A stretch of DNA of 59,765 bases from Thermodesulfovibrio sp. GTDB taxonomy: Bacteria > Nitrospirota > Thermodesulfovibrionia > UBA6902. The stretch covers positions 1-59,765 of the forward strand of contig JALSHG010000067.1 in the NCBI GenBank assembly GCA_026982355.1. Reading direction: 5' to 3'. Numbering within the stretch: position 1 is the stretch's first letter; each line of letters opens with the position of its first letter. A model generated the notes under the pieces. The model was not told where the DNA came from, ran no database searches, and saw only the letters and a program-made list of their open reading frames with translations. The position numbers and the translations under genes are program-made. Shown piece by piece: positions 55,823 through 59,765 of this stretch.

Positions 55823-55936
55823 CAGCGGCATAAAAACGCCGGCCGCGGGCAGGGGAGCCCGGAGGTTTTACGGCAGATACTGTAAAGCTTCCGCCAGCCA
55901 CCGCCCTGCGTGACCGGGAGTTGCCCGGGTTCATGG
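55823..55936. repeat. Palindromic intergenic repeat with an interrupted right half
   Basis: 'CAGCGGCATAAAAACGCCGGCCGCGGGCAGGGGAGCCCGGAGGTTTTACGGCAG...CCCTGCGTGACCGGGAGTTGCCCGGGTTCATGG'. Abuts the heptahaem gene stop. Confidence 0.55.
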
Positions 55937-56860
55937 TTATTGCTGCTGCTGGAACTTGTCTTTATGACAGGCAATGCATATCTGCACATTTTCCTTTGCC
56001 AGGCGAAGCCGGTATTTTTCACTCGCTCCTTTTGCCCCCGGTTTGTTTGGCGGGATCACGCCCCTTTCATGCGGGTTATGGCAGGTGGGGCATGTGATTT
56101 TCCCTTCATAATCAAGTGGCAGTATGATACCGTACTTCTTTTCAGACTCCTTCATCATTGCCAGTATCTTGTCGGGTGGTTTAAGGAGGTGGTTGGCATT
56201 GATGGGATGCCGGCGGCTCTGCTTGAAATGGCACCTGTAACAGAGAACTTCGAGATTGCCGATGAGCTTGACCTCTTTAAATGTCGCGCGTTTTTCATCG
56301 GGCTTTTCCACGTGACAGTACAGGCACTTCTGTATGATGATCTCCCCTTTCCGCGTCAACTGGTTATGCGGGTCCAGCATCCTGTACTTTTTCTCGTCAT
56401 GACACCTGAAGCACAATGTCGTGCGGCTAAGGTAGGGAGCGCCTCTGAGAAATCTCTTGTTAAGCGACTTTGCCTGGGGATTAACCCCGCACTGCAGGTA
56501 TATGTTATGACATGTGATGCACGAAACCCTGCCATTGAGCAAGGGTAAATCTTTCGGTATCTTTTTCTTCTTCTCCTTCGATGGCGCCACGCCCACCGGA
56601 TGTATGTATGCGCCGGGCGTGTAACCGTGGCACCAGCATAACTTCGAGAAGTCACCGTTATATTTCAGGAATTTCTTTCCGCCCTTCACCGGTTTTTTCT
56701 CATGGCACTCACTGCAGTACTTGCCCGTGTAATGAATATCCGTATCCTTTGTGACACTCGTTGTTGCCTTCCCGGCAGCGGAGGCCCATCCGCCTGACTG
56801 TGCGAACAGCATAATACCCGCAACAAGCGCGAAAAACACTATAAGGGGGGGTTTTTTCAT
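55937..56860 (-). CDS. Periplasmic/secreted heptahaem c-type cytochrome
   Basis: Signal peptide 'MKKPPLIVFFALVAGIMLFAQS'. Seven CxxCH (CSECH, CITCH, CFRCH, CLYCH, CYRCH, CPTCH, CIACH). Lys-rich. This is the only cytochrome gene of the locus on the minus strand. Confidence 0.85.
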   Translation of the reverse strand: MKKPPLIVFFALVAGIMLFAQSGGWASAAGKATTSVTKDTDIHYTGKYCSECHEKKPVKGGKKFLKYNGDFSKLCWCHGYTPGAYIHPVGVAPSKEKKKKIPKDLPLLNGRVSCITCHNIYLQCGVNPQAKSLNKRFLRGAPYLSRTTLCFRCHDEKKYRMLDPHNQLTRKGEIIIQKCLYCHVEKPDEKRATFKEVKLIGNLEVLCYRCHFKQSRRHPINANHLLKPPDKILAMMKESEKKYGIILPLDYEGKITCPTCHNPHERGVIPPNKPGAKGASEKYRLRLAKENVQICIACHKDKFQQQQ

Positions 56861-57114
56861 GACATTAATTATAGTATATTTTCCTTGTTTCTTTTCAAAC
56901 TTTTTTTGATATTTAAAAATTTTATCCCGTATGTTTTCCCCCGGTTTCTGTGTGAAATCCCGCAGGGCACCGGTGAAATCCAGCAGTATTCGGCATGAAA
57001 GGGCAGTTTTATGCCGGAATCAGGCGCATATTACAGGCATTGTTTTTGCATATAATCGTACAAACGAGACATGAGAGGCTGTCGGCGGTGTTTTAACTTT
57101 ACCTTATGAGCATC

Positions 57115-57235
57115 TTGCAAAAGCTGAAAATGCCTGTATATGTCATTTCGACCAAAGGAGGAAATCTTTCGGTATCGATGAGTTATAAGACATCTCTCTC
57201 CGCTCGATGTGACGGACAGAGGACTTTTGCAAGAG
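57115..57235 (+). repeat. 121-bp inverted-repeat element, right copy (IR-R)
   Basis: See IR-L. This copy also has its own 11-bp terminal inverted repeat, TCTTGCAAAAG...CTTTTGCAAGA. Confidence 0.8.
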
Positions 57236-57532
57236 ACTCTTATAAATGTCGCACGAACCGGCAAGGCAGCTCTGCCGGAAAACCTTTATAAAGCGACGGG
57301 ATATCGGGAATATGTCCCTGTTGCGGGAAATAACAAAAAAGGCCGTCCTTCGTGCCGGTCAACCGTGTCCGTCTACGGTCTCTGTCTTTTACGGACACGA
57401 ATCACGGGATTTTGACATAGCGTGCAGAATATTTCCCTGAAGGTATCCGGATAAAGCTTCCCCTGTCACGCCTGGCAATGTTTTTTTGCCGCTGTAAGGG
57501 GAACAAGATGCCGATGGGAGAGCGGGGAGGAC

Positions 57533-57949
57533 ATGGTGAATGCCGACAAAAGGGTCAAGATACTGATAGTGGATGATGAAGAGCTGATATGCTGGTCATT
57601 GAAGCAGAGCTTCGAGAAAGCGGGCGGGTATGCCGTCAACTGCGCCTATACCGGGGATGACGCCCTGCGGAAACTCCACAGGGACCGCTACGATATCATT
57701 ATCACGGACCTGAACCTGCCTGATATCAAGAATCACGAGATTGTACGCAGGATCAGGGATGTGGCTGTAAGCACTCCTGTAATCGTCATTTCAGCGGATT
57801 TGTCCGAATCCGTCCTGGACGACATATCAGGGCAGGGCGTGGTCAAGTGCATAGGCAAGCCTTTCGAGATCGGCGAAATTCTTGATGATGTGAAAGAGGC
57901 GACGGGATTTGCGAAACCGGCCCGCGAAAACGGAGCGCTTACGAAATAA
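57533..57949 (+). CDS. Single-domain (CheY-like) response regulator receiver
   Basis: 'ILIVDDEE...YDIIITDLNLPD...VISADL...KPF'. Confidence 0.85.
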   Translation: MVNADKRVKILIVDDEELICWSLKQSFEKAGGYAVNCAYTGDDALRKLHRDRYDIIITDLNLPDIKNHEIVRRIRDVAVSTPVIVISADLSESVLDDISGQGVVKCIGKPFEIGEILDDVKEATGFAKPARENGALTK

Positions 57950-58610
57950 TATCTCTGTTAACCTTTATATCCAACTGCCGTTTAATGGCCTCTATGTAGG
58001 CGCTTATCATCTGGTTGCCCTTGGCGGCGCGGAATACTTCGGAGAGCTGTTCCTTGTTGTCGCCCTTGATGGAGTCGATGATCTTCAATTCATCCGGTGA
58101 AAGCTCCACGGTTTCCGTTATGAGGCGGGTCATCTTTGTGATGAGCATGTCGTTTCTTAAACTGCTTTCATATGCCTGGGGGGTCAGGCGGTTGAACTTC
58201 AGCTTCCTTTTGTAGATATCGGGGTCAAACACACCGTCTCTCTGGAAAAACGGCTGGTTTTTTATGGCCTCCTGCAGCTCCTTTTCCGAGACGGTAATAC
58301 CCGCCCGCCGGGCTGCGATAATGAGAACCCTCGTGTTGATCATCCTGGCAAGAACACTGTCCTGGAGCTCGCGCTTGTTGATATCCTCGGGATCGGGGTA
58401 TTGTTTCTTCAGATCATCATACGCATTGTCATACGCCCGCCAGAACTGGTCAAGGGTGATTCTTTCGCCGTTGATCTGCGCCACAAACGTTACAGACGGG
58501 TTGTCCTTGGGGCCGATGCCCCAGAAGATAAAGGCGATGGAAATCATGATGGTGATCGCGGACAGCAGGAACACGGTGAAGAACTTATGGCTGCGCATTA
58601 TTTTGAGCAT
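57939..58610 (-). CDS. SurA N-terminal domain protein (PpiD-like chaperone lacking an obvious parvulin domain)
   Basis: 'MLKIMRSHKFFTVFLLSAITIMISIAFIFWG', a typical PpiD membrane-anchor start, followed by a SurA_N-like helical region. Start set at the ATG at 58610. Confidence 0.7.
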   Translation of the reverse strand: MLKIMRSHKFFTVFLLSAITIMISIAFIFWGIGPKDNPSVTFVAQINGERITLDQFWRAYDNAYDDLKKQYPDPEDINKRELQDSVLARMINTRVLIIAARRAGITVSEKELQEAIKNQPFFQRDGVFDPDIYKRKLKFNRLTPQAYESSLRNDMLITKMTRLITETVELSPDELKIIDSIKGDNKEQLSEVFRAAKGNQMISAYIEAIKRQLDIKVNRDIIS

Positions 58611-58733
58611 AGGATAATATATCCCAAAGGAGGACGAAAGGGCAAGGGATGCCGGCTTTTCCACGGGGAGGGCGTTGACTTTATCCGGTCAATTCTGTTA
58701 CCTTGATAGTCCTATTCCCTGAGAGAATTTCCT

Positions 58734-58810
58734 GGCGGTGTAGCTCAGTCGGTCAGAGCATACGGCTCATATCCGTAGTGTCGCTGGTTCGAGTCCAGCC
58801 ACCGCCACCA
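58734..58810 (+). tRNA. tRNA with CAT anticodon (elongator Met, or Ile2 if lysidine-modified), CCA encoded
   Basis: Hand-folded cloverleaf. Acceptor GGCGGTG/CACCGCC, D-arm GCTC-AGTCGGTC-AGAGC, anticodon stem TACGG/CCGTA with loop CTCATAT, T-arm GCTGG-TTCGAGT-CCAGC, then ACCA. The paired G1:C72 argues against an initiator tRNA. Confidence 0.9.
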
Positions 58811-59239
58811 GATTGAATCAGCCTCCTCGCTGGGTGTTGCAATAACAGAGCGTTAGTTGTTGTTTTGCAGATTAAACCGGCCCCGAAAGCGGCAAATCAT
58901 TCAAAATAACCCGACCCGAATAAACTATATTGTAAGATATGTAAGCCGTATGGCTGGAAGGTTCAGTTCAACAAGTTTTATCTGTAATGCCTTCGGCACT
59001 ACAGATAAAACTCTATACGTTATGCTTTAATGATATTAACTGCCCATAGCAGGCATGAATAAAGGAGTGAGTTGGATATGCAATTAGGAAGAAATAAAAG
59101 AATTATTCAATAAACTAAGCAAACAAGAACTCAGAAAAATATTAATAAACCTTCGCCGGATTACCTTTGACTTCAAAATAAACAAATCGTTCTTGAGTTA
59201 TTCATCGCATCCTCTCACTATTCCTAAAGAATTTTATGA

Positions 59240-59518
59240 TTTTCTAGACATACTCAGAATTTATCAGCAGAGGGCGACTACTGGTCGGGTACGAAGTGGG
59301 CCGCCCATCCAAACCCGATCTATGACAATATCGCCTGGATCTTCAACTTCGGCTGGAGCCGCCAGGACGGCGGCAGTAAGGACACCGGCTACCTCGCCAT
59401 TGTCGTCCGTCCCGGAGATGTCACAGTCGTTCCTGAACCAATAAGCTCTATCCTTTTTATTACAGGCGGAACACTTTTAGCAGGACGGCGTTATATAAAA
59501 AGAAATAAAAAAGCATAA
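59240..59518 (+). pseudogene. Remnant of a DUF1566 (Lcl C-terminal-like) / PEP-CTERM protein, lacking a start codon in frame
   Basis: The frame is open from the TGA at 59237. It encodes '...GDYWSGTKW...[61 protein letters not shown]', which is a PEP-CTERM sorting signal. No ATG/GTG/TTG lies near the 5' end, and a possible upstream part sits in another frame (ORF 59193..). Confidence 0.55.
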
Positions 59519-59765
59519 CCAGCACATGCACATTGAACGAGTACCAGTGGACTTGATTTTGCTCTTGATCAGTTTTAGAAGTAGCAAACTGGTTCATTTG
59601 CCAGTTTGTACCCTGCAGGTACTCGTCAGTGATGTAGTCGTTATTGGCGACACGAGGTCGCTTTAGTTATTGTTTAGCTTCAAGAAATTCTTGAAGACTA
59701 AACCCGGTGTTTCACCACCGGTATCAGGGAAAGGCATGCTACCATTGCGCTGATGATGGGGTGTG

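Noticed and set aside
9861-55936. The recurring palindromic units might be a CRISPR array
   Set aside because: The copies are dispersed kilobases apart at gene boundaries. They are not arranged as regularly spaced repeat-spacer units, and no cas genes are present.
55910-56548. 212-aa ORF on the plus strand
   Set aside because: It is antisense to the heptahaem cytochrome gene, which has seven in-frame CxxCH motifs and a signal peptide.
56627-56638. 'CWCH' in the heptahaem cytochrome as an eighth haem site
   Set aside because: I do not know a C-x-C-H spacing as a c-type haem attachment motif, so it is counted as ordinary Cys/His residues.
57106-57291. 61-aa ORF across IR-R and its counterpart in ORF 55605-55934(-), possibly a conserved small protein
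   Set aside because: I compared the two repeat copies codon by codon in that frame. This gave about 4 synonymous against about 11 non-synonymous differences, with no third-position bias. The similarity is therefore at the DNA/RNA level and not protein-coding.
57473-57492. Sigma-54 promoter-like TGGCA...TTGCC upstream of the response regulator
   Set aside because: The GG and GC dinucleotides are separated by 12 nt where the -24/-12 architecture needs 10 nt.

Overview
This is a 59.8 kb bacterial chromosomal window that looks GC-rich, roughly mid-50s % by eye. The last ~950 bp after a tRNA are clearly AT-richer. The first ~40 kb is mostly housekeeping: an HD-GYP protein, pilD, recG, nusA-rimP, rimI-tsaB, nagZ/ampG, a DEAD-box helicase, a tightly packed SNF2/SWIM - DinG-like - SixA - RmuC operon, a futalosine radical-SAM gene, two PilZ proteins, proB-obg and rpmA-rplU, a PhoR/PhoB-like two-component pair, hflX, polA, moaC, an AMMECR1 protein, polyprenyl synthase, mtnA, and an atypical NRAMP coupled to a soluble MgtE-N/CBS protein. 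The main finding is a 16.6 kb co-directional accessory locus at ~40.2-56.9 kb. It encodes an NHL beta-propeller, a YVTN beta-propeller lipoprotein, a large outer-membrane beta-barrel with a discoidin-like insert, three paralogous lipoproteins carrying four copies of one domain, and a SurA-like double-parvulin lipoprotein. These are followed by a 26-haem and a 16-haem cytochrome, a secreted hexahaem cytochrome that looks like an OmcS (nanowire) homologue, a 9-10-haem secreted cytochrome, and an oppositely oriented heptahaem cytochrome bracketed by ~121 bp inverted repeats. I read this locus as an extracellular electron-transfer or cytochrome-filament production and export system. A second window-wide signal is a dense family of palindromic intergenic repeats (REP/MITE-like), with at least 13 full or partial copies, several of which touch start or stop codons. 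The window ends with a receiver-only response regulator, a SurA_N/PpiD-like protein, tRNA-Met(CAT) and an AT-rich islet carrying a frameshifted PEP-CTERM protein remnant. All functional calls come from motif recognition by eye, and no database search was run.
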